Below, one piece after another: positions 18,633-29,390 of a DNA stretch of 64,000 bases; position 1 is the first letter of the stretch; every line of letters starts with the position of its first letter. This stretch comes from an uncultured Coxiellaceae bacterium. GTDB lineage: Bacteria; Pseudomonadota; Gammaproteobacteria; DSM-16500. The stretch is from the NCBI GenBank assembly GCA_964583565.1, contig CAZOVT010000002.1, positions 34,301-98,300 on the forward strand. The letters run 5' to 3'. The notes under the pieces are model-generated. The model did no database searches, was not told the origin of the DNA, and saw only the letters and a list, made by a program, of their open reading frames with translations. The position numbers and the translations under genes were made by a program.

Positions 18633-19265
18633 ATGAGTTACGACGGTATTGTTAAGTTTATGGTCGCCATGATCATTATGATGAACCCTCTGGGGTCACT
18701 CTCCATTTTCTTGCAACTCACACATGGTACATCGACCAAGACCCAACGTAAAACAGCTCTTAAATGCGGCCTATCGATCGCTGTTATTACCTTCATTACG
18801 ATCTGGCTAGGGAGTCAACTGCTGGATTTGCTGGGAATAACGATTGCATCATTTCGGTTTGCTGGCGGTATTATATTACTGCTAACCGGCCTGTCAATGC
18901 TGGAATCAAAAGAAAGCCCGCTCAACCACACACCAGAAGATGACGTGGCGGCAGAAGAACAGACATCCATTGCTATCGTGCCACTATCACTACCTATTAT
19001 TATTGGACCCGGCGCAATGAGCACACTGATCATTGCCTCCATTGACTATCCCAGCATCACGCCCAAAATACTCTTGTCACTAGGCTGTCTGATGTTATCG
19101 ACAGGTATGTATCTGATTCTCTATTTTGGCCCGACCATTTGCCGTTTAATTGGCGAATCCGTTATTAAATTAATCACCCGGATCATGGGCATGATCATCA
19201 TGGCCATTGCTGTTGGCATGATGGCAAATGGTCTGGTGGGCTTGATTCCAGCGCTGCAACTATAA
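18633..19265 (+). CDS. MarC-family (UPF0056) integral membrane protein
   Basis: 210 aa with about 6 hydrophobic helices and a MNPLGSLSIFL motif near the N-terminus. ATG at 18633. The longer ORF-track start would overlap serC. Confidence 0.8.
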   Translation: MSYDGIVKFMVAMIIMMNPLGSLSIFLQLTHGTSTKTQRKTALKCGLSIAVITFITIWLGSQLLDLLGITIASFRFAGGIILLLTGLSMLESKESPLNHTPEDDVAAEEQTSIAIVPLSLPIIIGPGAMSTLIIASIDYPSITPKILLSLGCLMLSTGMYLILYFGPTICRLIGESVIKLITRIMGMIIMAIAVGMMANGLVGLIPALQL

Positions 19266-19270
19266 TAGAT

Positions 19271-19335
19271 AAAGGGGTCAGGCTTGACATCTGGACATTC
19301 ATTTTGAATGTCCAGATGTCAAGCCTGACCCCTTT
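19271..19335. terminator. Perfect 31-bp inverted repeat with a 3-nt loop between convergent marC and fumC; probable bidirectional intrinsic terminator with an unusually long stem
   Basis: AAAGGGGTCAGGCTTGACATCTGGACATTCA-TTT-TGAATGTCCAGATGTCAAGCCTGACCCCTTT. There are no mismatches. AAA and TTT form the base of the stem. Confidence 0.6.
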
Positions 19336-19340
19336 AGTGG

Positions 19341-20744
19341 TTAAACACCCGGCCCAATCATCTTTTCTGGCCGCACTGATTCGTGAAACTCCTGTTCAGT
19401 CAGATAACCCAATGCAAGACAGGCTTGCAGCAAGCTTGTGCCATCGTGCAATGCTTTATGAGCAATCTCCGCCGCTTTATCGTAACCAATCCTGGGTGTC
19501 AGTGCTGTTACCAGCATAAGAGAATTATTTAAAGATGTTTTAATAGCCGACTCATTTGCAACCAACCCTTTAACACAATATTTGCTAAACATCTTGCATG
19601 AATCAGTCAGGATTCGAACGGAATTCATAAAATTGTGAATAATAACCGGCTTATAAACATTCAACTCAAAATTGCCTTGTGAGTCAGCAAAACCAATAGC
19701 TGCATCGTTCCCCATCACCTGCACACACACCATGGTCATTGCTTCTGATTGCGTTGGATTAATCTTGCCGGGCATGATGGATGAACCAGGCTCATTTTCA
19801 GGCAGCGTCAACTCTCCCAACCCGCAGCGAGGACCCGACCCTAACCAGCGGATATCATTCGCTATCTTCATCAATGCGCAGGCAAGCGTTTTCAAGGCAC
19901 CATGCGCAAACACAAATGCATCATGCGCAGCCAGCACAGCAAATTTGTTTGGTGCAGATACAAATGGCAAACCCGTTAACTCCGCGATTTTTTCCGCTGT
20001 TTTAACAGCAAAATCAGGATGCGCATTCAGCCCTGTTCCAACCGCCGTGCCGCCGATTGCCAATTCATACAAACCCTGCAAGGTGGCATTGATATTTGAC
20101 ATTGCCGCATCCAGCTGCGCCACATAACCAGAAAATTCCTGCCCCAGAGTCAACGGAACAGCATCCTGCAAATGTGTACGGCCTATCTTGATAATTGAAT
20201 CAAACGATTGCCGCTTTTCTTCCAGCGCATCACGCAGCAATTTTACTGCGGGCAGCAATACATTCACCACAACCTCTACCGCTGCAATATGCATAGCGGT
20301 TGGAAAGGTATCATTAGATGACTGTGATTTATTGACATGATCATTTGGATGCACGGGTTTCTTACTGCCTTTCGTGCCATTTGCCATTTCAATGGCGCGA
20401 TTGCTAATAACCTCATTCACATTCATATTCGTTTGCGTACCACTGCCTGTCTGCCATATACGCAGCGGGAATTGATCATCATGCTTGCCAGCAATCACTT
20501 CGTCTACAGCCTTGACGATCAAATCCTTTATATCTGCTGACAGTAATCCCAAATCAGCATTGGTCAGCGCGGCCGATTTTTTCAATATGCCAAACGCCCA
20601 GATTAATTCTTTCGGCATGACATCTCTACCGATGGCAAAATGTTCCAGCGAACGCTGCGTTTGCGCACCCCAGTAGACGTGATCAGGCACTTCTATTTTA
20701 CCCATGCTGTCTGATTCAGTACGTGTTTTTTTAGTTGTCATCAT
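19341..20744 (-). CDS. fumC: Class II fumarate hydratase
   Basis: 467 aa carrying the fumarate-lyase signature [11 protein letters not shown]. Confidence 0.95.
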   Translation of the reverse strand: MMTTKKTRTESDSMGKIEVPDHVYWGAQTQRSLEHFAIGRDVMPKELIWAFGILKKSAALTNADLGLLSADIKDLIVKAVDEVIAGKHDDQFPLRIWQTGSGTQTNMNVNEVISNRAIEMANGTKGSKKPVHPNDHVNKSQSSNDTFPTAMHIAAVEVVVNVLLPAVKLLRDALEEKRQSFDSIIKIGRTHLQDAVPLTLGQEFSGYVAQLDAAMSNINATLQGLYELAIGGTAVGTGLNAHPDFAVKTAEKIAELTGLPFVSAPNKFAVLAAHDAFVFAHGALKTLACALMKIANDIRWLGSGPRCGLGELTLPENEPGSSIMPGKINPTQSEAMTMVCVQVMGNDAAIGFADSQGNFELNVYKPVIIHNFMNSVRILTDSCKMFSKYCVKGLVANESAIKTSLNNSLMLVTALTPRIGYDKAAEIAHKALHDGTSLLQACLALGYLTEQEFHESVRPEKMIGPGV

Positions 20745-23388
20745 TTAATCCTCGCTCCAGACTTTTACTAACAATTTCATATAAATCATTGGAAATACCA
20801 GGCTCCCGCACCAGTGACATAAGCTGCTCCTGCATCAAAAGCTGGCGCTCTTTGTCATAACGTCTCCAGGTAATCAGCGGATTCACCATTCTCGCAGCAA
20901 CCTGCGGATTCAATTTATCCAGATGCCTTACCGTTTCTGCGAGAAATGCATAACCTTCGCCTGTTTTAATATGAAAATTAACAGAATTACGACGGCCAAA
21001 TGTGCCAATCAGCGCATAAACCTTGTTTGGATTTTTAATATCAAATGCCTCATGCCGCATTAATGATTTTACGTCTTGCAATGTATCAGGCAGCTTACAG
21101 GCAGCTTGTGCAGCCAGCCATTTATCGATTACCAGCGCATCCGATTTCCAGGCATTATAAAAGGTTGACAACACTTCCCGGCGGCGTTCAAAATCAATAT
21201 TCACCAGACCCTGCAAGGCAGGCATGAGATCAGACATACACGTTGTCAATGCGCTGTCAAACTGCTGCATACCAACGTCAATATTTGATATCTGTGCTAA
21301 TAGCAACGATAAACAACGATTTTTAAGCTGTCTGGCGCCAACAGAGGCCACATCAAAACCAGCCTCGCCATGCTGCTGGTTTGCATGGTAACTATCAAGC
21401 AACAGCGGCTGCAATGTCTTTGCTATCTCGCCAGTCATAAATTCTCGAACGGCATGAATGGCATCCACATCAATCACATCCATCTGTTCAGCTATATAGG
21501 TCTCAGATGGCAGAGATAACATTTCTGCCAGCAAAAATTTGTCTTGCTGCGCATGCTCAAAAATATAGGCATAAGCATCGATAAATTCAGCCGGCAGCGT
21601 TAATTTTTTATCCTGTTGATAATCACTAATCAAATGCCGTATCACTGATAATGCAAGCTTTTGCCCGGCATCCCAACGATTAAACGTGTCTGTATCATGC
21701 TTTAATAGCAGTACTAATTCAGCATCAGCCTGATTAGCACGCAATTTCACGGGTGCAGAAAATCCGCGCAAAATAGACAGCACGGGTTTTACGGCAATAT
21801 TGGAAAATACATATGACTTTGATGCTTCTTTTAAAATTAACAGTTGCTCAACAATCAGCTCTTTACCATCTGGACCAAGCAGCCCAACCCTGACAGGTAT
21901 GTAAAACGGAAGTTTTTCTGGCTGACCGGGTGTCGGCGGGCAATGCTGGGACAAATTCAATGTATAGACTTGCTGGACAGGATCATAATCCTCCTTGACC
22001 GATATCACCGGCGTGCCGGCCTGGCTATACCACAATTTGAATTGAGTTAAATTGACGCCAGATGTCTTTTCCATTGTCTGCACAAAATCATCAATCGTCA
22101 CTGCCTGACCATCATACCGGTCAAAGTACACATCCATTCCTTTCCGGAACATGTCACGACCTAGTATGGTCTGCATCATACGCAGCACTTCAGCGCCTTT
22201 ATTGTAAACCGTCGCCGTATAGAAATTATTGATTTCGATATAGGATTCAGGCCTGACGGGATGTGCGAGCGGCCCCGCATCTTCGGGAAATTGTACTTCA
22301 CGCAAATAAACAACATCACGAATACGCATGACCGCTTTTGAAATTAAATCTTCTGTAAATGACTGATCACGGAAAATAGTCAACCCTTCTTTCAGACTCA
22401 GCTGAAACCAGTCACGACACGTGACTCTGTTTCCACTCCAGTTATGAAAATATTCATGCCCAATCACAGATAAAATATGAATATAATCGTCATCCGTTGC
22501 TGTCTCTGGTTTGGCGAGCACATATTTCGTGTTGAAAATATTTAAACCCTTATTTTCCATGGCGCCCATATTGAAATCGCCAATCGCCACAATCATGTAG
22601 ATATCAAGATCATACTCACGCCCATACACTTGCTCATCCCAGTGCATGGCAGCTTGCAGCGAATACATGGCATGAGAGGCCTGATCCCCATAACCTTTTT
22701 CAACATAAATACGCAAATCAATCACACGGCCGGATTGCGTGGTAAACGTATTCTGAATCAAATCAAAATCGCCCGCAACCAGCGCAAACAGATAACTGGG
22801 TTTCGGAAATGGATCATCCCACTGCACCCAATGACGCCCGTCTGCTGCTTCGCCGGAAGCAGCCAGATTGCCATTGGACAATAACACTGGATAGGCAGCC
22901 TTATCAGCAACGATTACTGTTTTGAACCGCGCCAGAATATCCGGATGATCGGGATAGTAAGTTATTCGTCTAAACCCTTCGGCTTCACACTGCGTACAAT
23001 ATGTTTTACCCGAGCGGTATAAACCGCTTAACGCCGTATTTTTATCAGGCAGCAAGCGTGTCACAATTAACAATTCAGCAGTATTCGGCATGTTCGGAAT
23101 AACAAGCGCCGTTTCGGTAAGAATATATTGGGCAGCATCCAGCATCGCCCCATTCATGCTGATTGAAACCAGCTGCAATGCATCGCCATTCAGAATTAAC
23201 TCTGCCGTTGTAATGGAAACGGCAGGATTGTGAGACACCAGCAGACGGGAAGAGACAAGCGCATGCGATTCATACAGCTCAACGGTCAAAAAAACATCCG
23301 TTACTAAAAACTGCGGCAACTGGTAATCTGAACGCTTGATCACCGCCAAATGACCGGCATCTTGCACTGCCGCTAACGTGTCTGACAT
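20731..23388 (-). CDS. pepN: Aminopeptidase N (M1 family)
   Basis: 885 aa with the GAMEN motif (MGAMENKG) and the zinc motif [13 protein letters not shown]...E. Confidence 0.95.
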   Translation of the reverse strand: MSDTLAAVQDAGHLAVIKRSDYQLPQFLVTDVFLTVELYESHALVSSRLLVSHNPAVSITTAELILNGDALQLVSISMNGAMLDAAQYILTETALVIPNMPNTAELLIVTRLLPDKNTALSGLYRSGKTYCTQCEAEGFRRITYYPDHPDILARFKTVIVADKAAYPVLLSNGNLAASGEAADGRHWVQWDDPFPKPSYLFALVAGDFDLIQNTFTTQSGRVIDLRIYVEKGYGDQASHAMYSLQAAMHWDEQVYGREYDLDIYMIVAIGDFNMGAMENKGLNIFNTKYVLAKPETATDDDYIHILSVIGHEYFHNWSGNRVTCRDWFQLSLKEGLTIFRDQSFTEDLISKAVMRIRDVVYLREVQFPEDAGPLAHPVRPESYIEINNFYTATVYNKGAEVLRMMQTILGRDMFRKGMDVYFDRYDGQAVTIDDFVQTMEKTSGVNLTQFKLWYSQAGTPVISVKEDYDPVQQVYTLNLSQHCPPTPGQPEKLPFYIPVRVGLLGPDGKELIVEQLLILKEASKSYVFSNIAVKPVLSILRGFSAPVKLRANQADAELVLLLKHDTDTFNRWDAGQKLALSVIRHLISDYQQDKKLTLPAEFIDAYAYIFEHAQQDKFLLAEMLSLPSETYIAEQMDVIDVDAIHAVREFMTGEIAKTLQPLLLDSYHANQQHGEAGFDVASVGARQLKNRCLSLLLAQISNIDVGMQQFDSALTTCMSDLMPALQGLVNIDFERRREVLSTFYNAWKSDALVIDKWLAAQAACKLPDTLQDVKSLMRHEAFDIKNPNKVYALIGTFGRRNSVNFHIKTGEGYAFLAETVRHLDKLNPQVAARMVNPLITWRRYDKERQLLMQEQLMSLVREPGISNDLYEIVSKSLERGLNDDN

Positions 23389-23461
23389 CTTACTCTCCTG
23401 ATATTTCCGCCAAGCGTGATTTTAGCAGAAAATACCAAAAGAGTAATCGATAAGCAAAGAA

Positions 23462-23911
23462 CTAATTCTGCATTGAACCCTGTGCTGGCGCAGGAATAGA
23501 CTCTTGTGACGGGGTTTCAGGTACCATGCTTTCATTAGGCGCAGACGGCATCTCCATTTCACCCGGCGGCGGCCCCATATTCTGGTTATCAGGCGCTGCG
23601 GGCATCCCCATTCCATTAGGTAGTGGTGAACCATCAGGACCAAGATTAGTGCTGTCAGGCACCTGTTGCCCAGGCAGATCCCCTTCCTCCTGCGGTGCTG
23701 CCTGCTGTGGCTGCCCTGGCTGTACTTGCGCCGGCGCGCCAGGTGCAACTTTGAGGCTGCCGCCGTCATCAACGATATTCAACGAATCTGTCGTATGGTC
23801 ACCATTGTCAGCTGGTTGAGCACCAGCAGCTGGCTGCTGAGCAAGAACATTCATACTGGCCAAGTAAGCAAACAGTGCCAAGCCAATGACGTTACTCCAT
23901 CTCATACTCAT
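23462..23911 (-). CDS. Secreted low-complexity protein rich in Pro, Gln, Gly and Met; function unknown
   Basis: Signal peptide MSMRWSNVIGLALFAYLASMNVLA|QQ is followed by about 125 aa of P/Q/G/A/N-rich sequence containing MGMP, NMGPPPGEMEMP and ESMVPE motifs. No other frame in this interval gives a better product. Confidence 0.5.
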   Translation of the reverse strand: MSMRWSNVIGLALFAYLASMNVLAQQPAAGAQPADNGDHTTDSLNIVDDGGSLKVAPGAPAQVQPGQPQQAAPQEEGDLPGQQVPDSTNLGPDGSPLPNGMGMPAAPDNQNMGPPPGEMEMPSAPNESMVPETPSQESIPAPAQGSMQN

Positions 23912-24046
23912 ATCCCCATTCCCTTGGTTAGTTTAACTGATTGTTCCATCATAAACGGACTAACGGAAGCGAAGCAAGCATATGATTGCAGAACAGACAC
24001 CTATGTTTTACCCTACTCCATCAAGATACGACTGAAAAGGCAAGAC

Positions 24047-24751
24047 ATGAAAACCCAGAATTACGATGATCAAGAGCTGGCCAAGTTTGCCGCTCTGGCC
24101 GCCCACTGGTGGGATGCAAATGGCGCACTTGGCACGCTGCATCAGATCAACCCGCTCAGGTTGAGTTTTATTGAAGACCATGTCGCACTGGCTGGAAAAA
24201 AGGTAATAGATATTGGCTGCGGCGGCGGCATTCTCGCAGAAAGCATGGCATTAAAAGGTGCCGACGTTACAGGCATCGACCTCAACAAGTCACTCATTGA
24301 TGTCGCAAAACTGCATTTACATGAAAGCAACGCTAATGTTGAATATCAATGCATATCAGCAGAAGCTGCCGCAGCGGAACAACCTCAACGCTATGATGTG
24401 GTAACATGTCTGGAGATGCTTGAGCATGTACCAGACCCGGCGGCTATTATAAAAGCCTGCGCTGATTTGCTAAAACCTGGCGGCCATGTCTTTTTCTCCA
24501 CGCTAAACCGCAATCCAAAAGCTTATTTATTTGCGATCCTCGGCGCGGAATACATACTCAAGATGCTGCCCAAAAACACGCATGATTATGCCAAATTTAT
24601 TCGGCCATCAGAGCTTGGACAATGGGCGAGACAAGCTGGATTGACACCGCAAGGAACAAAAGGCATTGCTTACCACCCAATCACTAAAACATTCAGTCTG
24701 ACTGACGACATTTCTGTTAACTACCTATTTCATGCAAGGAAAGCATCATGA
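24047..24751 (+). CDS. ubiG: Ubiquinone biosynthesis O-methyltransferase
   Basis: MKTQNYDDQELAKFAALAAHWWDANG...LHQINPLRL, with SAM motif VIDIGCGGGILAE and typical UbiG length. The upstream part of the ORF-track frame (23666 onward) is antisense to the P/Q-rich gene and I discarded it. Confidence 0.9.
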   Translation: MKTQNYDDQELAKFAALAAHWWDANGALGTLHQINPLRLSFIEDHVALAGKKVIDIGCGGGILAESMALKGADVTGIDLNKSLIDVAKLHLHESNANVEYQCISAEAAAAEQPQRYDVVTCLEMLEHVPDPAAIIKACADLLKPGGHVFFSTLNRNPKAYLFAILGAEYILKMLPKNTHDYAKFIRPSELGQWARQAGLTPQGTKGIAYHPITKTFSLTDDISVNYLFHARKAS

Positions 24752-25428
24752 GCACCATACAAGCTGTACTATTTGATCTGGATGGTACGTTAATTGATAC
24801 CGCGCCAGATCTGCTGTATGCCCTTAACAAAGTGCGTGCGGAACATAAGCTGGCACCGCTGCCTCTCTCCAGATTTCGAAGTATTACTGGTCTGGGTGCA
24901 ACTGCCATGATGAAAATGGCATTTGATTTTGATGGCTCCGAAGAGGATTTTAATTATTTAAAAGAACGCTTCCTGAATTTTTACATGGAGCATATCGCTG
25001 ACTCAACCCGGCTGTTCCCGCAAATGAATGATGTCCTGACCTATCTTGAAGACAAATCCATTCCCTGGGGAATTGTGACGAATAAATCAACCAGACCAAC
25101 CCTCGAATTATTAAAAGCCCTGCAGCTGGATCAGCGCAGCGCCTGTGTTGTCTGCGGAGACACACTCACTACCTGCAAACCAGACCCGGCACCTATCCTG
25201 CATGCCTGCGAACTTATCAATTACCAGCCACAGAATTGTCTGTATGTTGGAGACGCCATCACCGATGTCACTGCCAGCAAAAGTGCCGGCACAAAATCCG
25301 TGGTTGCATTATATGGCTATATACACCATGAAGATGACCCAGCAACATGGCTGGCCGATGGTTATATTGACCAGCCGGTTGATCTCATCGACTGGTTGAT
25401 TAAATATCATTCGACTGTATTAGTGTGA
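24748..25428 (+). CDS. HAD-IA hydrolase, phosphoglycolate phosphatase/MupP-like
   Basis: DxDGT motif (LFDLDGTLIDT), a T/S motif (IVTNK) and a GD motif (YVGDAITD). The ATGA overlap with ubiG gives the ubiG-HAD arrangement common in gammaproteobacteria. Confidence 0.8.
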   Translation: MSTIQAVLFDLDGTLIDTAPDLLYALNKVRAEHKLAPLPLSRFRSITGLGATAMMKMAFDFDGSEEDFNYLKERFLNFYMEHIADSTRLFPQMNDVLTYLEDKSIPWGIVTNKSTRPTLELLKALQLDQRSACVVCGDTLTTCKPDPAPILHACELINYQPQNCLYVGDAITDVTASKSAGTKSVVALYGYIHHEDDPATWLADGYIDQPVDLIDWLIKYHSTVLV

Positions 25429-26023
25429 TGCCAGCAGCCTGCATTTCCTGATAGGCGCATGCAACATCACCAGCATGCAGATTGACGCCGCGGCAGCCAT
25501 CCTGGATAACATAAACATCAAAACCGAGATGTTTTGCATCTAGTGAGGAATATTTTACGCAATAATCTGTCGCCAGCCCCATAATATAGACATTTTTTAT
25601 GCACATTTTGATTAAATAACTGCCAAGCCCAGTGTCTCTTTTATGAGCATTATCAAAAAAAGCGCTGTAACTGTCTATTTTCTCATCAATTCCCTTGTGA
25701 AATATACGATCTATACGTGCTTCATCCAGCGCAGGGTGAAATGCGGCACCCGGTGTACCCTGAACACAATGATCAGGCCATAAAATTTGACTAAGCCCAT
25801 CAAGCATTATCTCATCGCCAACAGCATAATCAGCGTGATTTGCTGCAAAACTCGTGTGATTCTGCGGATGCCAGTCTTGCGTGGCAACAACAAGGTCAAA
25901 TGCTTGCATCAGGGTATTAGCGAGTGGAATAACCTCATCGCCGCCAGGCACCGCTAGTGAACCGCCAGCACAGAAGTCGTTTTGCAGATCAACCAAAATG
26001 AGAGCGCTGTTATCTTTAATCAC
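25400..26023 (-). CDS. pncA: Nicotinamidase/pyrazinamidase (isochorismatase family)
   Basis: [11 protein letters not shown], a WPDHC metal-binding motif, and the catalytic Cys region LATDYCV. Confidence 0.85.
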   Translation of the reverse strand: MIKDNSALILVDLQNDFCAGGSLAVPGGDEVIPLANTLMQAFDLVVATQDWHPQNHTSFAANHADYAVGDEIMLDGLSQILWPDHCVQGTPGAAFHPALDEARIDRIFHKGIDEKIDSYSAFFDNAHKRDTGLGSYLIKMCIKNVYIMGLATDYCVKYSSLDAKHLGFDVYVIQDGCRGVNLHAGDVACAYQEMQAAGITLIQSNDI

Positions 26024-26116
26024 TACTCAGCCTCTTCTAATGTTAAAATTATGCGACAAATTATAGGGAGTTTGATTAAATATCAACATATTCATTTAAC
26101 TAGAGATGGCTATAAT

Positions 26117-26839
26117 ATGCACACCATTCCGGAGGGGTTTAGTTCGCTTCAGGTAAGCGGAGATAAAGCCATGTTATTTCTACAGGGGCAAGTCACTTGT
26201 GATGTAGAAACTATCTCTCCCGGCACAGCAAAACTGGCAGCGCACTGCAACCCGCAAGGCCGGGTAGTCAGCCTGTTCCACCTGTTATTTCAACACAACG
26301 CATACGAGTTAATCATGCCGCAGGATATGATTCAATTAACGCATCAGGCATTAAAAAAATACGCTATTTTTTTCAACGTCGCCATGACGCCTATAACACC
26401 CAATAACACTCTTGTTGACATAGCAACTACCAACACTGTTGCGAGAAAACATATTGAAGAAGGCATGCCGGTCATCCACCCTGCCACATCAGGCAAACTC
26501 TTGCCGCAGGAATTAAATCTGGATGCGCTAGGTGCAATCAGTTACAACAAAGGCTGTTATACCGGTCAGGAAATCGTTGCCCGTATTCATTATCGCGGCA
26601 AAACAAAAAGCTCGCTTTACCGGGCAGATATAGTCAGCGCAAAACAACCACAGTCAGGTGATACCATTCAGACAGGCACAACAGCATCCGCACGTGAATG
26701 CGGTATGATTGTTGAAAGCAGCCCTGTCTCACCTGAAAAATATATCGCGCTCATTGTGCTTGACGATACTGAAATAACAAACAAGACGCTCACCCTTACC
26801 GGCGGCAGCGACACTATCACTATTTACCCCAGGAAATAA
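26117..26839 (+). CDS. ygfZ: Folate-binding tRNA-modification/Fe-S repair protein YgfZ
   Basis: Signature [18 protein letters not shown]. The start is uncertain. I preferred ATG 26117 over ATG 26051, and the TTG at 25982 would overlap pncA. Confidence 0.75.
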   Translation: MHTIPEGFSSLQVSGDKAMLFLQGQVTCDVETISPGTAKLAAHCNPQGRVVSLFHLLFQHNAYELIMPQDMIQLTHQALKKYAIFFNVAMTPITPNNTLVDIATTNTVARKHIEEGMPVIHPATSGKLLPQELNLDALGAISYNKGCYTGQEIVARIHYRGKTKSSLYRADIVSAKQPQSGDTIQTGTTASARECGMIVESSPVSPEKYIALIVLDDTEITNKTLTLTGGSDTITIYPRK

Positions 26840-26840
26840 T

Positions 26841-28472
26841 ATGGCAAACCAATTACGCATCGTCATGGCTCAAATGAATTTTCACCTCGGTGATATCGCT
26901 GGCAATCTGCACAAACACATAGAGGCAGCGACAAAGGCTCGTGACGAACTGTCGGCTGATGTGATTGTTTTTCCCGAACTAAGCTTAACCGGCTATCCTC
27001 CCGAAGATTTACTACTGCGCCATGAATTTATCTACGATGCAAATCATGCCTTAAAGCATTTTATTAAACATGTAAAAGGCATTTATTGTGTCGTAGGTCA
27101 TCCATATTCCGAACACGAACATACCTATAATGCCTGCTCGATCATTTACAATGGCGAAGTACTGGGACGTTACTGCAAACTGGAATTACCCAATTACGGT
27201 GTGTTTGATGAGCGCCGCTATTTCACACCGGGACAATCAACCTGTGTTGTGCCCATCAACGGTATACCAACAGGTATCGTCATTTGTGAAGATTTATGGC
27301 GGCTCGGACCAACACGGCAAACCGCTGCACAGGGTGCCAGATTAATTCTTGCACCTAACGCCTCGCCTTTTGAAAGCAATAAGCATGAGAAACGAATGGA
27401 CGTCCTGCACAAGCGTGCAACACATGACAACATACCCATTCTCTATGTGAATCATGTGAGTGGACAAGATGAGTTAGTGTTTGATGGCGGCTCGATGGCG
27501 GTCAATGCTGCCGGTGAATTATGCCAGCTTGCCGGTTTCTTTCATGAAACGCTGCATGCCGTTGATATTGACATCCCCACATTAACAATCAAAGCGGCTA
27601 ATATTACTGTTCCGCCAATAGAAAGCCGCATTTATCAAGCCTTGGCATTAGGTTTGCGTGATTACATCAACAAAAATCATTTTTCCAGTGTACTACTTGG
27701 TTTATCAGGCGGGATCGACTCCGCACTCACCGCTTGTATTGCCGTTGACGCGCTCGGCAAAGATCGTGTTAAAGGTGTATTATTACCTTCCCGCTACACA
27801 GAAAAAATCAGTGAGCAAGATGCATTGGCGCTGGCAGCGGCGCTGGGTATTAACACAACCACCATTTCAATTGAGCCGGCTTATCAGGCATTGCTAAACT
27901 CTCTTGCGCCGGTATTTTCAGGAATGAAACCTGACATTACTGAAGAAAACCTGCAGGCAAGATGCCGGGGCACTATCTTGATGGCTTTATCAAACAAGGA
28001 AAAGTCGCTGCTGCTAACCACAGGTAACCGCAGTGAACTGGCCGTTGGCTATTGTACGCTATACGGCGATATGGCCGGTGGATTCGCCGTATTAAAGGAT
28101 ATTCCAAAAACTCTTATTTATCAACTAGCTAACTATCGAAACCGGACAAACCCCGTTATCCCTCAGCGCACCATCGACCGGCCGCCTACCGCAGAATTAG
28201 CACCCAACCAGACCGATCAGGATACGTTACCGCCCTATTCAATCCTTGATGCGATTCTTGAACTTTACATGAATCAATCCCGGTCTATTCGTGATATTTG
28301 TCACGAAGGATTTGATGAATCAATCGTTAAGCGAGTCATTGACATGATTCATAAGAATGAATATAAACGCAGCCAGGCAGCTATAGGCATACACATTAAT
28401 CATAAATCGTTTGGTAAAGACTGGCGCTATCCGCTTACCAATGGATTTAAGACGAAAGACAAGACCGCGTGA
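26841..28472 (+). CDS. nadE: Glutamine-dependent NAD+ synthetase
   Basis: 543 aa with an N-terminal CN-hydrolase domain (FPELSLTGY, ICEDLW) and a C-terminal PP-loop, LGLSGGIDS. Confidence 0.93.
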   Translation: MANQLRIVMAQMNFHLGDIAGNLHKHIEAATKARDELSADVIVFPELSLTGYPPEDLLLRHEFIYDANHALKHFIKHVKGIYCVVGHPYSEHEHTYNACSIIYNGEVLGRYCKLELPNYGVFDERRYFTPGQSTCVVPINGIPTGIVICEDLWRLGPTRQTAAQGARLILAPNASPFESNKHEKRMDVLHKRATHDNIPILYVNHVSGQDELVFDGGSMAVNAAGELCQLAGFFHETLHAVDIDIPTLTIKAANITVPPIESRIYQALALGLRDYINKNHFSSVLLGLSGGIDSALTACIAVDALGKDRVKGVLLPSRYTEKISEQDALALAAALGINTTTISIEPAYQALLNSLAPVFSGMKPDITEENLQARCRGTILMALSNKEKSLLLTTGNRSELAVGYCTLYGDMAGGFAVLKDIPKTLIYQLANYRNRTNPVIPQRTIDRPPTAELAPNQTDQDTLPPYSILDAILELYMNQSRSIRDICHEGFDESIVKRVIDMIHKNEYKRSQAAIGIHINHKSFGKDWRYPLTNGFKTKDKTA

Positions 28473-28501
28473 TGCTAGAGTCATACTCGGCAGTATTTCG
28501 A

Positions 28502-29269
28502 CTATGACGTGAGATCCACTTTCACATTTGGATAGTTGTACTGCAATACACGCAGTGTATCCTGTTCAAGCCTGGCCATGTGCAGCTGATGATACGACTT
28601 GGCCATTAATACAAGCGCATTAACAACAGAAGGCGCACCCTGATAATGCGCAACCAGATCACTTGCGCGTGACGCTGCCGCGACATAAGCCCTGCGGTCA
28701 TAATAATATTCCGCGATATGCAATTCATGATTAGCCATGACATCGCGCAGGTAAATCATATACTGATGTGCCGATGGTGTGTACCGGCTGTTTGGGAAAC
28801 GCGCTACCAGCACATTAAAATCACTATAGGATTGCTGAATCTGGGTTAAATCACGTGTTGCCAGATCAATTGCAAACAATCTCTCAATCACGCCCAGATT
28901 CTGATAATAGTTTGCCAGACCCCGCATATAATAAGCATAATCAACATTTGGGCTAACCGGATGCAGACGAACAAAACGATCCGCTGCCGCGACTGACATC
29001 GTATACTCTTCTTTCATGTAATATGCGTAAATCAGGTATAGCTGGGCTCTTTCTGTCACCCTGTCAAACGGATACTGTACGTCCAGCGCCTCAAAACGCT
29101 TGATCGATTCATTATAACCTTTGTCCTGCAGGGAAGACTTTCCAGCCTTGAATATTTGCTCAGGGGTTTCCCCCTGATACGTTTCAGCAGGATCTGTTGA
29201 TGTCGAACAAGCCGAAAGCAATCCAGCAGCACACAGCAGAATAACCAGTCCAGTGAGTAACTTTTTCAT
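28502..29269 (-). CDS. bamD: Outer-membrane protein assembly factor BamD
   Basis: Lipoprotein signal MKKLLTGLVILLCAAGLLSAC, TPR-like repeats, and the conserved divergent position next to rluD. Confidence 0.9.
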   Translation of the reverse strand: MKKLLTGLVILLCAAGLLSACSTSTDPAETYQGETPEQIFKAGKSSLQDKGYNESIKRFEALDVQYPFDRVTERAQLYLIYAYYMKEEYTMSVAAADRFVRLHPVSPNVDYAYYMRGLANYYQNLGVIERLFAIDLATRDLTQIQQSYSDFNVLVARFPNSRYTPSAHQYMIYLRDVMANHELHIAEYYYDRRAYVAAASRASDLVAHYQGAPSVVNALVLMAKSYHQLHMARLEQDTLRVLQYNYPNVKVDLTS

Positions 29270-29390
29270 GAATCCATACCTTTTGAATGCCAATTTATCT
29301 GTCTATCTAAAACGGTGTATCGTGACGGACGTGCATTGTAAACCAATTTCTGGCATCATTCACGCACCTCCATTGAATTTAAATATAAAA

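Noticed and set aside
23666-24046. The N-terminal 127 codons of the 361-aa ORF that contains ubiG
   Set aside because: The conserved UbiG sequence begins at Met 24047 (MKTQNYDDQELAKF...). The upstream extension is Cys/Arg/Leu-rich, lies antisense to the signal-peptide-bearing P/Q-rich gene, and has no homology signal.
25982-26116. TTG start at 25982 and ATG 26051 as the ygfZ start
   Set aside because: The TTG start would overlap the divergent pncA start by 42 nt. YgfZ homology only begins near Met 26117. ATG 26051 remains a possible alternative.
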